From Pseudomonadota bacterium (GTDB lineage Bacteria; Myxococcota_A; UBA9160; SZUA-336), in the NCBI GenBank assembly GCA_021295775.1, contig JAGWBS010000040.1, positions 906-64,905 on the forward strand: a DNA stretch of 64,000 nucleotides. Reading direction: 5' to 3'. Both the position numbers and the translations under genes were made by a program. The notes under the pieces are model-generated. The model ran no database searches. It was not told the origin of the DNA and was given only the letters and a program-made list of their open reading frames with translations. Shown piece after piece: positions 20,142 to 28,577 of this stretch (its first letter is position 1; each line of letters starts with the position of its first letter).

Positions 20142-20170
20142 TTGACGGAGCGCGGGTGCCGTAGCAGAAT
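20142..20170 (+). promoter_or_regulatory. Candidate sigma70 promoter for the DUF35/thiolase operon
   Basis: TTGACG (20142-20147), a 17-nt spacer, then CAGAAT (20165-20170), about 110 nt upstream of the DUF35 start. Confidence 0.4.
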
Positions 20171-20279
20171 GCGCCCCGGCCGGGGAACCTGCCGTGAACT
20201 CGCTTCGCCGGCGCCCCGGCCGACGCAGGGCGGCGGGCCACACGACCCACTCGATCCGAACCACACAGGGGGTCCGAAA

Positions 20280-20717
20280 ATGTCCGACGACGCGGCGGCC
20301 GCCGGGCCGCTCCCCATCGTCCCTTACCTCAAGCTGCCGGAGGGTGGCGATCCCTACCTGGAGGGCCATCGCTGCGCCGCGTGTGGCGCTTACTTCCTCG
20401 GCCAACGCGACGTCTGCGGCGCCTGCGGCGCGCGCGGCCGGATGGAAGCGGTCGAACTGTCCCGAAACGGCGAACTGCACGCCTATTCGATCACGCACCG
20501 CTCGTTTCCAGGGATCGAGGTGCCCTTCGTGTCCGCGATCGTCGACCTCGACGGCGGCGGAACGATCAAGACCAATCTGATCGGCATCGACCCCGACCCG
20601 GAGAAGATCTCCATGGGCATGAAGGTCGAGGTCGTGTTCCAGATCGCTCCGCGGAAGGACCGCGAGGGCAACGAGTACATGACGTTCGCGGTCCAGCCCG
20701 CGAACCGAGGAGACTAG
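20280..20717 (+). CDS. Zn-ribbon/OB-fold protein (DUF35 family), partner of thiolase-like enzymes
   Basis: ATG 20280, with AGGGGG 7 nt upstream. Translation [53 protein letters not shown]... The four Cys form the zinc ribbon, followed by an OB-fold tail. Confidence 0.85.
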   Translation: MSDDAAAAGPLPIVPYLKLPEGGDPYLEGHRCAACGAYFLGQRDVCGACGARGRMEAVELSRNGELHAYSITHRSFPGIEVPFVSAIVDLDGGGTIKTNLIGIDPDPEKISMGMKVEVVFQIAPRKDREGNEYMTFAVQPANRGD

Positions 20718-22342
20718 TCATGAGCGACGTCTACATCGGCGGGATCGACATGCTCGCCTTCGGCAAGTACCCGGAGCGCAGCGTCGAGAGCCTGGGCGGC
20801 GAGGCCGCTCTCGGGGCGCTCGACGACGCCGGTCTGTCGATCCGCGACGTGCAGGCCCTGTACGCCGGCTCGCTGATGCAGGCGTCGGCCAACCCGGGGC
20901 AGCGCATCCTGAAGGAGATCGGCCAGACCGGCATCCCGGTGGTCAATTGCGCCAATGCCTGCGCCACCGGCGCCACGGCGTTCCGCGAGGGCTGGACCGC
21001 CGTCAAGGCGGGGCTGTACGACGCGGTGCTGGCGGTCGGCGTGGAGAAGCTGGCCGGGGCCGGGATGCTCGGCGGCGGCGGCTCCAAGGGCATCTCCTCC
21101 GAAGGTCTGCTCGGTTCCGATTCGATGCCGTGCGTGTTCGCCGAAGCGGGAATGGAGCACGCCCGCCAATACGGCACCACCTTCGAACAGTTCGCGATGA
21201 TCTCGGTCAAGAACCACCACCATTCGACCATGAACCCCAAGGCGCGTTACCGCATGGAAACGCCGCTGGAAGAGGTCATGAACGCCGAGATGATCTCCTA
21301 TCCCAACACCAAGCTGATGTGCTCGGTCAACGTGGACGGCGCAGCGGCCGCGGTGATCCTGTCGGAGAAGAAGGTCAAGGAGCTGGGACTGTCGAGCCGG
21401 GCGGTCAAGGTCCGGGCCTCGGTCCTGATGACCGACCCGTACACGCCGCGCGATCAGGTGATGCCCGACGTCAACACCTGCACGCGCAACGCGGCCTCGG
21501 CGGCCTGGGAGATGGCGGGCGTGGGCCCGACGGATCTGGACCTGGTCGAACTCCACGACTGCTTCGCGACTGCCGAAGTCCTGCATTACGAGAACCTGGG
21601 CCTGTGCGCCGACGGCGACGCTCCCAAGCTGATCGACGACCGCGACACCTGGCTGGGCGGGCGCATCCCCGTCAACGTCTCGGGCGGCCTGCTTTCCAAG
21701 GGGCATCCGATCGGAGCGACCGGCATCGCCAACCTGTACGAGGTCTCCACGCACCTGCGCGGCGACGCCGGCGAACGGCAGGTCGAGGGAGCACGCCTCG
21801 GCCTGACGCACGTGATCGGCCTGGGCACCTGCTGCGGCATACACGTCCTGGAGGCCCCGAGCAGCTAGCGCCGCCAAGGCGAAGCCCGGAAAGCGGCCGT
21901 CGGGCCCCAGCCACCACCACGCCTGGGCCTCCCTGGCGAGTTGCGCGCAGCGCGGTCGCGATGGCAGTCGCGCCACGGGGGCGAACGCGCGCAGTCGTTC
22001 GTCGAGTTCCGGGTCCGGCCCGGCGCCGTGCACCACGGCTTCGAGCCGCTCGCCCAGGCGCAACGCCGCGTCCGGGGCAAGGCCCGAGACCAGCTCGGTG
22101 AGCACGCTGGCCGCGGCGACCGCGATGCTGCAGCCCTGGGCCCGCGCGCTGCTGGCGTCGATGCGGCCCGCCCGCAGGTTCACCTCGACGCTCACCTCGT
22201 CGCCGCAGACCGGGTTGAGCGCACGGCCCGTCCCGTCGGGCTCGGCTAGGGGCGCGCGGTTCCGGGGGGAGCGGTAATGCTCCAGCACCACGTCCCGGTA
22301 CAGCGCCGCCAGCGGATCGGTCTCGGGGCCGGACTCTGACAT
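20714..22342 (-). CDS. SufU/IscU-like Fe-S cluster scaffold ORF lacking a normal stop. Only about the first 150 codons (about 21890-22342) look genuine.
   Basis: ATG 22342, with GGGAG 6 nt upstream. Translation [32 protein letters not shown]...[15 protein letters not shown]...[16 protein letters not shown]...[12 protein letters not shown]. The frame then continues without a stop for about 390 codons, antisense to the thiolase gene. That sequence is R/H/G/V-rich junk. Confidence 0.55.
   Translation of the reverse strand: MSESGPETDPLAALYRDVVLEHYRSPRNRAPLAEPDGTGRALNPVCGDEVSVEVNLRAGRIDASSARAQGCSIAVAAASVLTELVSGLAPDAALRLGERLEAVVHGAGPDPELDERLRAFAPVARLPSRPRCAQLAREAQAWWWLGPDGRFPGFALAALAARGLQDVYAAAGAQADHVRQAEACSLDLPFAGVAAQVRGDLVQVGDAGRSDRMPLGKQAARDVDGDAPAQPGVAVVDQLGSVAVGAQAQVLVMQDFGSREAVVEFDQVQIRRAHARHLPGRRGRVARAGVDVGHHLIARRVRVGHQDRGPDLDRPARQSQLLDLLLRQDHRGRCAVHVDRAHQLGVGIGDHLGVHDLFQRRFHAVTRLGVHGRMVVVLDRDHRELFEGGAVLAGVLHSRFGEHARHRIGTEQTFGGDALGAAAAEHPGPGQLLHADRQHRVVQPRLDGGPALAERRGAGGAGIGAIDHRDAGLADLLQDALPRVGRRLHQRAGVQGLHVADRQTGVVERPESGLAAQALDAALRVLAEGEHVDPADVDVAHD
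20720..21868 (+). CDS. Thiolase-like protein (SCP-x type acetyl-CoA acetyltransferase family)
   Basis: ATG 20720, with GAGGAG upstream. Translation [21 protein letters not shown]...[15 protein letters not shown]...[23 protein letters not shown]... Confidence 0.92.
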   Translation: MSDVYIGGIDMLAFGKYPERSVESLGGEAALGALDDAGLSIRDVQALYAGSLMQASANPGQRILKEIGQTGIPVVNCANACATGATAFREGWTAVKAGLYDAVLAVGVEKLAGAGMLGGGGSKGISSEGLLGSDSMPCVFAEAGMEHARQYGTTFEQFAMISVKNHHHSTMNPKARYRMETPLEEVMNAEMISYPNTKLMCSVNVDGAAAAVILSEKKVKELGLSSRAVKVRASVLMTDPYTPRDQVMPDVNTCTRNAASAAWEMAGVGPTDLDLVELHDCFATAEVLHYENLGLCADGDAPKLIDDRDTWLGGRIPVNVSGGLLSKGHPIGATGIANLYEVSTHLRGDAGERQVEGARLGLTHVIGLGTCCGIHVLEAPSS

Positions 22343-22403
22343 TTTCTGCTCCCGCTCCACGGGTCCGGTCGCCGGACCGAGGCGACCCCTCCCGCCGCCA
22401 AGA

Positions 22404-22433
22404 TTGACACTTCGACGGAGCCGTTCCTACCAT
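22404..22433 (+). promoter_or_regulatory. Candidate sigma70 promoter for the cytochrome fusion gene
   Basis: Perfect -35 TTGACA (22404-22409), an 18-nt spacer, then TACCAT (22428-22433). This would leave only a short leader before ATG 22451. Confidence 0.35.
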
Positions 22434-22450
22434 CGCGAGCACGAGGCGCC

Positions 22451-24367
22451 ATGCGATCCAGGTCTGGGGGGGAAAAGCGGATTCGCGGGCGGCGAGTGGC
22501 CCTGTGGGCGCTGGCCATGGCCGCGGGGCTCTCGGCGGGCCTGGGCGCGCTCCGCGCCGACGAGTCGCACGAGCGCCGCGGTCCGCTGCTGCCGCGCTTC
22601 GCGGCGCCGCTGCTGGGAGGCGGCACCGGGGGCAGCGACCAGCTCATCGGTCGCCGGGCGCTGGTCTGGGTGTTCTCTCCCGCGGACCCCGACGGAGAGC
22701 GCGTCGCCGCCATCGTCCGCAGACTGGCCCCCGACGCGCGTGCGGCGAACATCGCGCTTCTGGGAGTCGCGGTCGGCGTCGACTCGACCCAGGCCCAGCG
22801 GGCCGTCGAAGAACGCGGCATCGACTTCCCCGTCGTCCTCGATACGCGGGGAACGGTCGCGGGCAAGCTGCGGGCGCCCCCGCGCCGCTCCAGCCTCTAC
22901 AGCATCGACGCCCAGGGCTTCGTCCTGGGCGGGTTCCGCGGACTGCAGGTCGATCGTCCGGAGTACGACGAGGCTTACGAAGCCGAGGTGCGTCGTCTGC
23001 TGCACCTGACCCGGCACGGTGCGGCGCTGCGTCCGGAACTCGGGCTGCGGCCGGCCGCGCCCGAGTTCCGAGTCCGCGGCCTGGACGGCGGGTTGCTGGA
23101 GAGTTGCGACCTGGAGGGGAAAGTCGGGGTGCTGATGTTCTTCAGCCCGACCTGCCCCCACTGTCACGAGGCCCTGCAGTTCTTCGAGGCGCTGCTCGGG
23201 GAATTGGACACGGACGAACTGGTCTTCGCGCCCGTCAGCGTCAGCGACCGGATCTATGTGATCGAGCAGATGGTCAACGACCTGCGGCTGGAGGTTCCGC
23301 TGTACACCGATCCAGGCGGAAACGCGGCCCGCGACTTCACCCACAGGTTCTCGGTGCCCGACACGATCGTCATCGACCGGGACGGGCGGGTGCTCGCACG
23401 GCACCAGGGCGTCAACCCCCGCATCAAGGCCCTGCTGAGCGTGCAGATTCGCGCGGCGCTGGGCGTGGAGAACCCGATCCGTCTCAGCCGCCGGGGATAC
23501 AGCGGCCAGGAGTTCTGCCAGGCGTGCCACCCCGGCCAGCACTCCTCCTGGGAGCTGACGCGCCACGCTTTCGCCTTCGAGACGCTGGTCGAGCACAACG
23601 TGGACCGCGACCCGGAGTGCCTTCCGTGCCACACCGTGGGCTGGGAGCAGCCGGGCGGCTACAGCCTCGAGAACCAGAGCGAGCACCTGCGGGGCGTCCA
23701 GTGCGAAACCTGCCACGGGCGCGGCGGTCCGCACCAGTCTCCCGACTTCCTGGCCGAAACGGACCTGGAGTCGGTCTGTCTGACCTGCCACACGCCAGAG
23801 CATTCGCTGCGCTTCGTGTTCGCCGAGCGGCTGCCCCTGGTCTCGCATGCGGCCAATTCACGCTTCGCCGAGCTCTCCCTCGAAGAGCGCATCGAGCTGA
23901 TCGAGCGCCGCGACAAGCGCCAGCGCAAGCTGTTCGAAACCGCCGACTACGTGGGTTCCGACGCCTGCGCTTCCTGCCATCCCGCCGAGCACCAGCGCTG
24001 GGGAGCGTCCGCGCACGCGGGCGCGTTCGAAACCCTGGCCCGGCAGGACGCTCAGGGCGATCCGGACTGCCAGGAGTGCCACACCACCGGTTTCGGCCAA
24101 CCGACCGGTTGGCAGCCAGGCGCCTCCGGGCTGCAGGCGGTCGGCTGCGAAAGCTGCCACGGCCCCGGAGCGACCCACGTGGCCGAGGAGGGCCGGCGTC
24201 CGGGCAGCATTCTGCGCCTGACCGAGAAGTGCGACAGTTGCGTCATCCTGCAGATCTGCGGTTCCTGCCACGACGACGCGAACGACCCCGGCTTCGAATT
24301 CGAGCTCGACGCCAAGCTCGACCTGATCCGGCACGGCTTCCGCGACCGCGAGGCCCCCGCGCCATGA
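22451..24367 (+). CDS. Secreted fusion protein: two thioredoxin-fold (TlpA/redoxin-like) domains plus an octahaem c-type cytochrome domain
   Basis: 638 aa with the signal-like N-terminus RRVALWALAMAAGLSAGLGA. The first redoxin-like domain has no CxxC (VWVFSPADPDG). The second has FFSPTCPHCHEAL (CPHC at 23153-23164). The C-terminal third has eight CxxCH motifs: CQACH, CLPCH, CETCH, CLTCH, CASCH, CQECH, CESCH, CGSCH. Confidence 0.85.
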   Translation: MRSRSGGEKRIRGRRVALWALAMAAGLSAGLGALRADESHERRGPLLPRFAAPLLGGGTGGSDQLIGRRALVWVFSPADPDGERVAAIVRRLAPDARAANIALLGVAVGVDSTQAQRAVEERGIDFPVVLDTRGTVAGKLRAPPRRSSLYSIDAQGFVLGGFRGLQVDRPEYDEAYEAEVRRLLHLTRHGAALRPELGLRPAAPEFRVRGLDGGLLESCDLEGKVGVLMFFSPTCPHCHEALQFFEALLGELDTDELVFAPVSVSDRIYVIEQMVNDLRLEVPLYTDPGGNAARDFTHRFSVPDTIVIDRDGRVLARHQGVNPRIKALLSVQIRAALGVENPIRLSRRGYSGQEFCQACHPGQHSSWELTRHAFAFETLVEHNVDRDPECLPCHTVGWEQPGGYSLENQSEHLRGVQCETCHGRGGPHQSPDFLAETDLESVCLTCHTPEHSLRFVFAERLPLVSHAANSRFAELSLEERIELIERRDKRQRKLFETADYVGSDACASCHPAEHQRWGASAHAGAFETLARQDAQGDPDCQECHTTGFGQPTGWQPGASGLQAVGCESCHGPGATHVAEEGRRPGSILRLTEKCDSCVILQICGSCHDDANDPGFEFELDAKLDLIRHGFRDREAPAP

Positions 24368-25176
24368 GCGGGGCCGGCGAGAAGTCTCGAATTCTGGCGC
24401 TGCTTCGACAGGAACTTCTGGACCTGCGGCAGGAAGGGCTCGACTACCTCGGCCCCCGGCCGCTCCGCCCGCCCCGCGAACAGGCCCAGCCCGAACGCCG
24501 CGCCACGGGTGGGAAGCCGGCTTCGGCCGTTCGCGCGGCGGGTTCCGGGGGCTGGCGTCCGCGCGTCCCCCCGCTGGAGATGCCCCCGCTCGAAGGCGAT
24601 GCGCAGGTGAAAGGCCAGCGGCTGGAGGAGATTCGGCACGACCTTGGGGACTGCAGGCGCTGCGAGCTGTGCGAGCGGCGCCAGACGATCGTCTTCGGCG
24701 AGGGCAATCCCGACGCGCCGGTGGTTTTCGTCGGCGAAGGCCCCGGAGCCGACGAAGACCGTTCCGGGCGCCCGTTCGTGGGTCGCGCCGGCGAACTCTT
24801 GTCCAAGATGATCGCCTCGGTCGGCTGGCGTCGCGAAGACGTCTACATCTGCAACATCGTCAAGTGTCGCCCGCCCGGAAACCGCGATCCGAAGCTCGAA
24901 GAAGTTGCCATGTGCCAGCCGTTCCTGGAGCGCCAGATCGAGGCGATCGCGCCGCTGGCGATCGTGGCCCTGGGCAAGCCGGCCATCTCCACGCTCATGG
25001 GCCGGCCGATTCCGATCACCAAGCTGCGCGGGCAGTGGCAGGAATGGCGGGGTTATCCCGTGATGCCCACCTTCCACCCCGCTTACCTTCTGCGCAACTA
25101 CACCCGCGAGGCCCGGCAGGCCGTCTGGGACGATCTGAAGGCCGCGCGCGCCCGGGTCGAAGAAGCCGGGCGTTGA
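24364..25176 (+). CDS. Uracil-DNA glycosylase, family 4
   Basis: ATG 24364 overlaps the cytochrome TGA (ATGA). Translation ...DCRRCELCERRQTIVFGEGNPDAPVVFVGEGPGADEDRSGRPFVGRAG...ICNIVKCRPPGNR...TFHPAYLLR. Confidence 0.9.
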   Translation: MSGAGEKSRILALLRQELLDLRQEGLDYLGPRPLRPPREQAQPERRATGGKPASAVRAAGSGGWRPRVPPLEMPPLEGDAQVKGQRLEEIRHDLGDCRRCELCERRQTIVFGEGNPDAPVVFVGEGPGADEDRSGRPFVGRAGELLSKMIASVGWRREDVYICNIVKCRPPGNRDPKLEEVAMCQPFLERQIEAIAPLAIVALGKPAISTLMGRPIPITKLRGQWQEWRGYPVMPTFHPAYLLRNYTREARQAVWDDLKAARARVEEAGR

Positions 25177-25233
25177 GATGCCCGCGTTGCCCGGAGTCCG
25201 TCTCAGACGCCGGTTCGGAGCCCGCCCACCGGA

Positions 25234-26049
25234 GTGCGGGGTTTGAGCGCGGCGCCGGCGCTGTGCGGAATCGTCCTGCATCCGGCGGGCCACACCCTGT
25301 CGCCCGTGCTGCACCGCGCGGCGTACGCAGAACTGGGACTGGACGCCCATTACCACGCCTTCGACGTTCCGCTGGCCAAGGCCGCGGACGCCGTGCGGGG
25401 CATGCGCGCGCTGGGTCTGCGGCAGCTCTCGGTCTCGCTTCCGCTCAAGCAGGCGATGCTCGAGTTGGCCGACGAAATCTCAGAAGCCGCCCGGCGCATC
25501 GGCGCCGCGAATACGCTCACGCTCGCGGACGGGCGCATCCGCGCGGACAACACGGACTGGCTGGGGGTGGTCAGGACGCTGGAACCGCGGGGCGCCTGGA
25601 CCGGACGCCGGGCGCTGGTGCTGGGCGCCGGCGGCGCAGCGCGCGCCGTGGTGCACGCGCTGCGGGAGCTGGGCATGCGCGTGTCCGTCCACAACCGTAC
25701 GCAGGAGCGCGCCGAGCGCCTGGCTCGGGAACTCGGCGCCGAAATGGCGCGTGACGGGGACGACTGCGATCTGCTCGTCAACGCCACTCCCGTGGGCATG
25801 CACCCCCGCCCCGAGGACTCGCCCTGGCCGGCCGAGCGGCTCGATCCCGCGGCGATGGTCTTCGACACCGTCTATCGGCCCCTGCACACCCGCCTGCTGC
25901 GCGAGGCCGGCGAGCGCGGCTGTGCCGTCCAGGACGGACTCGAGATGCTGGTTCACCAGGCCGTGGAACAGGTCGAGCTGTGGAGCGGCCTGCGGCCGAG
26001 TGCGGCGGTCCTGCGCCGGGCGGCCCTGGCCGTGCTCGAGCGGGATTGA
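25234..26049 (+). CDS. aroE: Shikimate dehydrogenase
   Basis: Translation ...LCGIVLHPAGHTLSPVLHRAAYAELGLDAHYHAFDV...LSVSLPLKQ...AANTL...NTDWLG...LGAGGAARAV... The start could be GTG 25234 or TTG 25243. Confidence 0.9.
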   Translation: MRGLSAAPALCGIVLHPAGHTLSPVLHRAAYAELGLDAHYHAFDVPLAKAADAVRGMRALGLRQLSVSLPLKQAMLELADEISEAARRIGAANTLTLADGRIRADNTDWLGVVRTLEPRGAWTGRRALVLGAGGAARAVVHALRELGMRVSVHNRTQERAERLARELGAEMARDGDDCDLLVNATPVGMHPRPEDSPWPAERLDPAAMVFDTVYRPLHTRLLREAGERGCAVQDGLEMLVHQAVEQVELWSGLRPSAAVLRRAALAVLERD

Positions 26050-26116
26050 GAGCGGCTTCGCTGGAGATTCCGGGCGCGCCCGGAGCACGCTCCGGGTGAT
26101 TTCCGCAGAGCGCAGC

Positions 26117-26144
26117 TTGTACAATAGGCAAGCGACGTTAATTC
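26117..26144 (+). promoter_or_regulatory. Candidate sigma70-like promoter in the AT-rich spacer
   Basis: TTGTAC (26117-26122), a 16-nt spacer, then TAATTC (26139-26144). This is the only AT-rich patch between aroE and the hypothetical gene. Confidence 0.3.
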
Positions 26145-26188
26145 TCGCCCCTCCCGAACTCCCCCACGTCCCACCTACCGAGCTCCCC

Positions 26189-26653
26189 ATGAACGACCCA
26201 ACCCCCGCAGGTCCGTCCCTTAACTTGCGCCTATCGCTCCACGAATCCCTCGTCGTCCACGACAAAGACCTCCGACTGGGAGGCCGGACTCTGGCCTACG
26301 GTTCGGATCCCGACGCCTCCGCCCGCCTCGGCCCCGGAGTGGCGGTCCTGGAAGGCGGCCCCCTGGCCGCGACCGGCTCGCAACGCGGAGGTCCCCTCCG
26401 CCTGCCGGCCGGGACCGTGCTGGAACTGCGCGGCCTGCCCGGCCCGCTCGCCCGCCGGGTCTACCGCGAGAATCTCGTCAACCCAAAGTGGACCGTCGAG
26501 ATCATCGGCTCCGACGCCGACCAGCGCGCCGGCCTGTTGGCCGAGAAGAAGTGGCTCGAAGAGCGCCTAGCCGGGGTCGAGGCCGAGATCAAGGCCATGT
26601 CATCCAGGCGCCTGCGCCGCTGGCCAGTGGCGCAGAGAACGCTCGCCGGCTAG
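26189..26653 (+). CDS. Hypothetical protein (154 aa) with a C-terminal coiled-coil-like segment
   Basis: ATG 26189: MNDPTPAGPSLNLRLSLHESLVVHDKDLRLGG...KWTVEIIGSDADQRAGLLAEKKWLEERLAGVEAEIKAM... The composition is protein-like and I recognise no family. There is no SD, and the leader is C-rich. Confidence 0.55.
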   Translation: MNDPTPAGPSLNLRLSLHESLVVHDKDLRLGGRTLAYGSDPDASARLGPGVAVLEGGPLAATGSQRGGPLRLPAGTVLELRGLPGPLARRVYRENLVNPKWTVEIIGSDADQRAGLLAEKKWLEERLAGVEAEIKAMSSRRLRRWPVAQRTLAG

Positions 26654-26710
26654 CCCGCCAGCGGAGTTCCGCGCCCGGCCCGCCGCCGTCCGCGCGGCGC
26701 CGGGCAGGCT

Positions 26711-27649
26711 CTAGAGGCGGTACTTGAAGCTCAGCGAGATCCCCCAGAATCTCAGCTCTTCCGCCTCGATGTCGTAGAGAATCGGCAGGTTCGCTCCCGT
26801 TTCCGCCGTCGGGCCTACCGTGGACGCGTGGCCTCTCAACGGCTTCCACGCATGGCCACCGTCCTCGAAGTCGTCCAGGGCGTCTCCGTAGCGCAGCTTC
26901 AGACCGACCGAGAAACGCTCGCTCCAAGCGTAGTCCAGGCCCGCGATCCACTGGTAGCCGGACAAGCTGTCGGACAGGCTCTCGTCGCCCGCGGAGAGCA
27001 GGCCGGCCGCGTTGGAATTGCGCCCCAGCTCCCGCAGTCTGAGCTTGTCGTCAGTCCTGAGCGAACGGGCCGAGTAGTCCATTCGCACTTTCATCCATCC
27101 CAGCCCGAATCCCAGATATGGGGTCAGCCGGGAGGATTCCCGGCCAGCGAAGTCGTAGTAGAGGTTCGCGAAAAGATGGTCGGCGCGGAAGTCGTCGATC
27201 TCCTCGCTGCGCTCGACGAACTCCTGCTGCTTCGCGTCGCCGGGAACCACGAGGGAGCGCTTCTCGCCGCCGTGACCGCGGTGAAAGTACTCGGCTTCGA
27301 GCCGGAAACTCCCCAGGTCGTAGCCGAGATGAACCCCGGCCAGAAAGCCCGAGTCCAACTCGAAGTGGTTCGGACTGGCCGGCAGGGCCCGGGGCGAGCA
27401 GTCTTCCAGCGGCAGCGGAACCACGGTGCCGTCTTCGAGCGTGTCCCTGTCCAGCCACCGGTCGCAGTTGGTCGTGATGCCGTTGTTGGTGCGGGTGGAC
27501 TCGAGATCGCGGGGTGCGGCGACTCCCAGATCCGCTCCGAAGTAGAAGCCCCGGCCATCCTCCGTCCCGGCAGCGGCCAAGTCCGCCGCGCCCAGCAGGA
27601 TGAGCGCCATCCCCAGCGCCGAGGCCCGATTCCACGCCGCTCGCCCCAT
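26711..27649 (-). CDS. Outer-membrane beta-barrel protein (OmpA-like/OMP_b-brl type)
   Basis: ATG 27649, with AGGAGG 7 nt upstream. The signal peptide is MGRAAWNRASALGMALILLGAADLAAAG. The body has alternating aromatic/hydrophobic beta-strand patterns (YFGADLGVA, LGYDLGSFRLEAEYF, ANLYYDF, WGISLSFKYRL). Confidence 0.75.
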   Translation of the reverse strand: MGRAAWNRASALGMALILLGAADLAAAGTEDGRGFYFGADLGVAAPRDLESTRTNNGITTNCDRWLDRDTLEDGTVVPLPLEDCSPRALPASPNHFELDSGFLAGVHLGYDLGSFRLEAEYFHRGHGGEKRSLVVPGDAKQQEFVERSEEIDDFRADHLFANLYYDFAGRESSRLTPYLGFGLGWMKVRMDYSARSLRTDDKLRLRELGRNSNAAGLLSAGDESLSDSLSGYQWIAGLDYAWSERFSVGLKLRYGDALDDFEDGGHAWKPLRGHASTVGPTAETGANLPILYDIEAEELRFWGISLSFKYRL

Positions 27650-27833
27650 CGTCGACCCTCCTGAACCCGATCGCTGGATCAGGCCCATTGGAACACCTCG
27701 GCCCCGCTCCCACCACAGCGAAGGGCCGGCGGCGAGGGCCTGCCGGCGCAGCGGACCCTTGACAAGAGAGCGATACGCAGGAACATCCGCCGAACGCCAC
27801 CCCTGCCCGCCGGAGGCTCTCCCCATGTCCAGT

Positions 27834-28577
27834 ATTCCGACTTCCCCCGTCCGACTCCTGCTCGCGCTCGCGATCCTCGCGACCGCCCCGGCCTGCCAGC
27901 CGGGCGCAGACGCCGCCGAGGCGGACGAACTCCGCCAGGAGATGAAGGCCCTGCGCGGGGAGATCGAGCAACTCAACGAGAACTTCCGGCGCGCTTTCGG
28001 CACGCGGCCGGCGGCCGAGGCGGCGGAGCCGCCGCGCGAGGACTTCGACCGCGTCTACTCCATCGATCTGGCGGGATCGCCCGTCCTGGGCGACCCCGAC
28101 GCGCCCGTGGCGATCGTGGAGTATTCCGACTTCCAGTGCCCCTACTGTGCGCGCCTGCAGCCACTGCTCGAAGAAGTCCTCCAGAAATACCCACGGCAGG
28201 TCAAGCTGGTCTTCAAGCACTTCCCGCTCAGCTTCCACCGAAATGCGCGCCCCGCCGCGCAGGCGTCGCTCGCGGCCGGCGAGCAGGGAAAGTTCTGGGA
28301 ACTGCACGATCTGCTTTTCGAAAACCAGAAGGCTCTGGACCCGCCCCAGATCGAGCGCTACGCCGAGCAGGTCGGCCTGGACATCGAGCGTTTCAGGCGC
28401 GATCTGGCCGACAACCGGGCGGCCTACGACGAGCGCATCGAAGCCGACCTGGCGCAGGGCCAGGGCGTGGACGTGCGCGGTACCCCGACGGTTTACATCG
28501 CGGGCCGCAAGCTGCGCGACCGATCGGTCGCCGGCATGAGCGCGCTGGTCGAGAGGGCGTTGAGCGAGAGCGGCTGA
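27834..28577 (+). CDS. DsbA-family thiol:disulfide oxidoreductase, probable lipoprotein
   Basis: ATG 27834: MSSIPTSPVRLLLALAILATAPAC has a lipobox-like Cys. A coiled-coil linker follows, then VAIVEYSDFQCPYCARL (CPYC) and ...GTPTVYIAGR. Confidence 0.88.
   Translation: MPTSPVRLLLALAILATAPACQPGADAAEADELRQEMKALRGEIEQLNENFRRAFGTRPAAEAAEPPREDFDRVYSIDLAGSPVLGDPDAPVAIVEYSDFQCPYCARLQPLLEEVLQKYPRQVKLVFKHFPLSFHRNARPAAQASLAAGEQGKFWELHDLLFENQKALDPPQIERYAEQVGLDIERFRRDLADNRAAYDERIEADLAQGQGVDVRGTPTVYIAGRKLRDRSVAGMSALVERALSESG

Noticed and set aside
23520-24090. Additional TGGCAC strings that could be sigma54 -24 elements.
   Set aside because: They lie inside the cytochrome gene, where TGC-CAC encodes the Cys-His of CxxCH motifs. 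None is followed by TTGC at the correct spacing.
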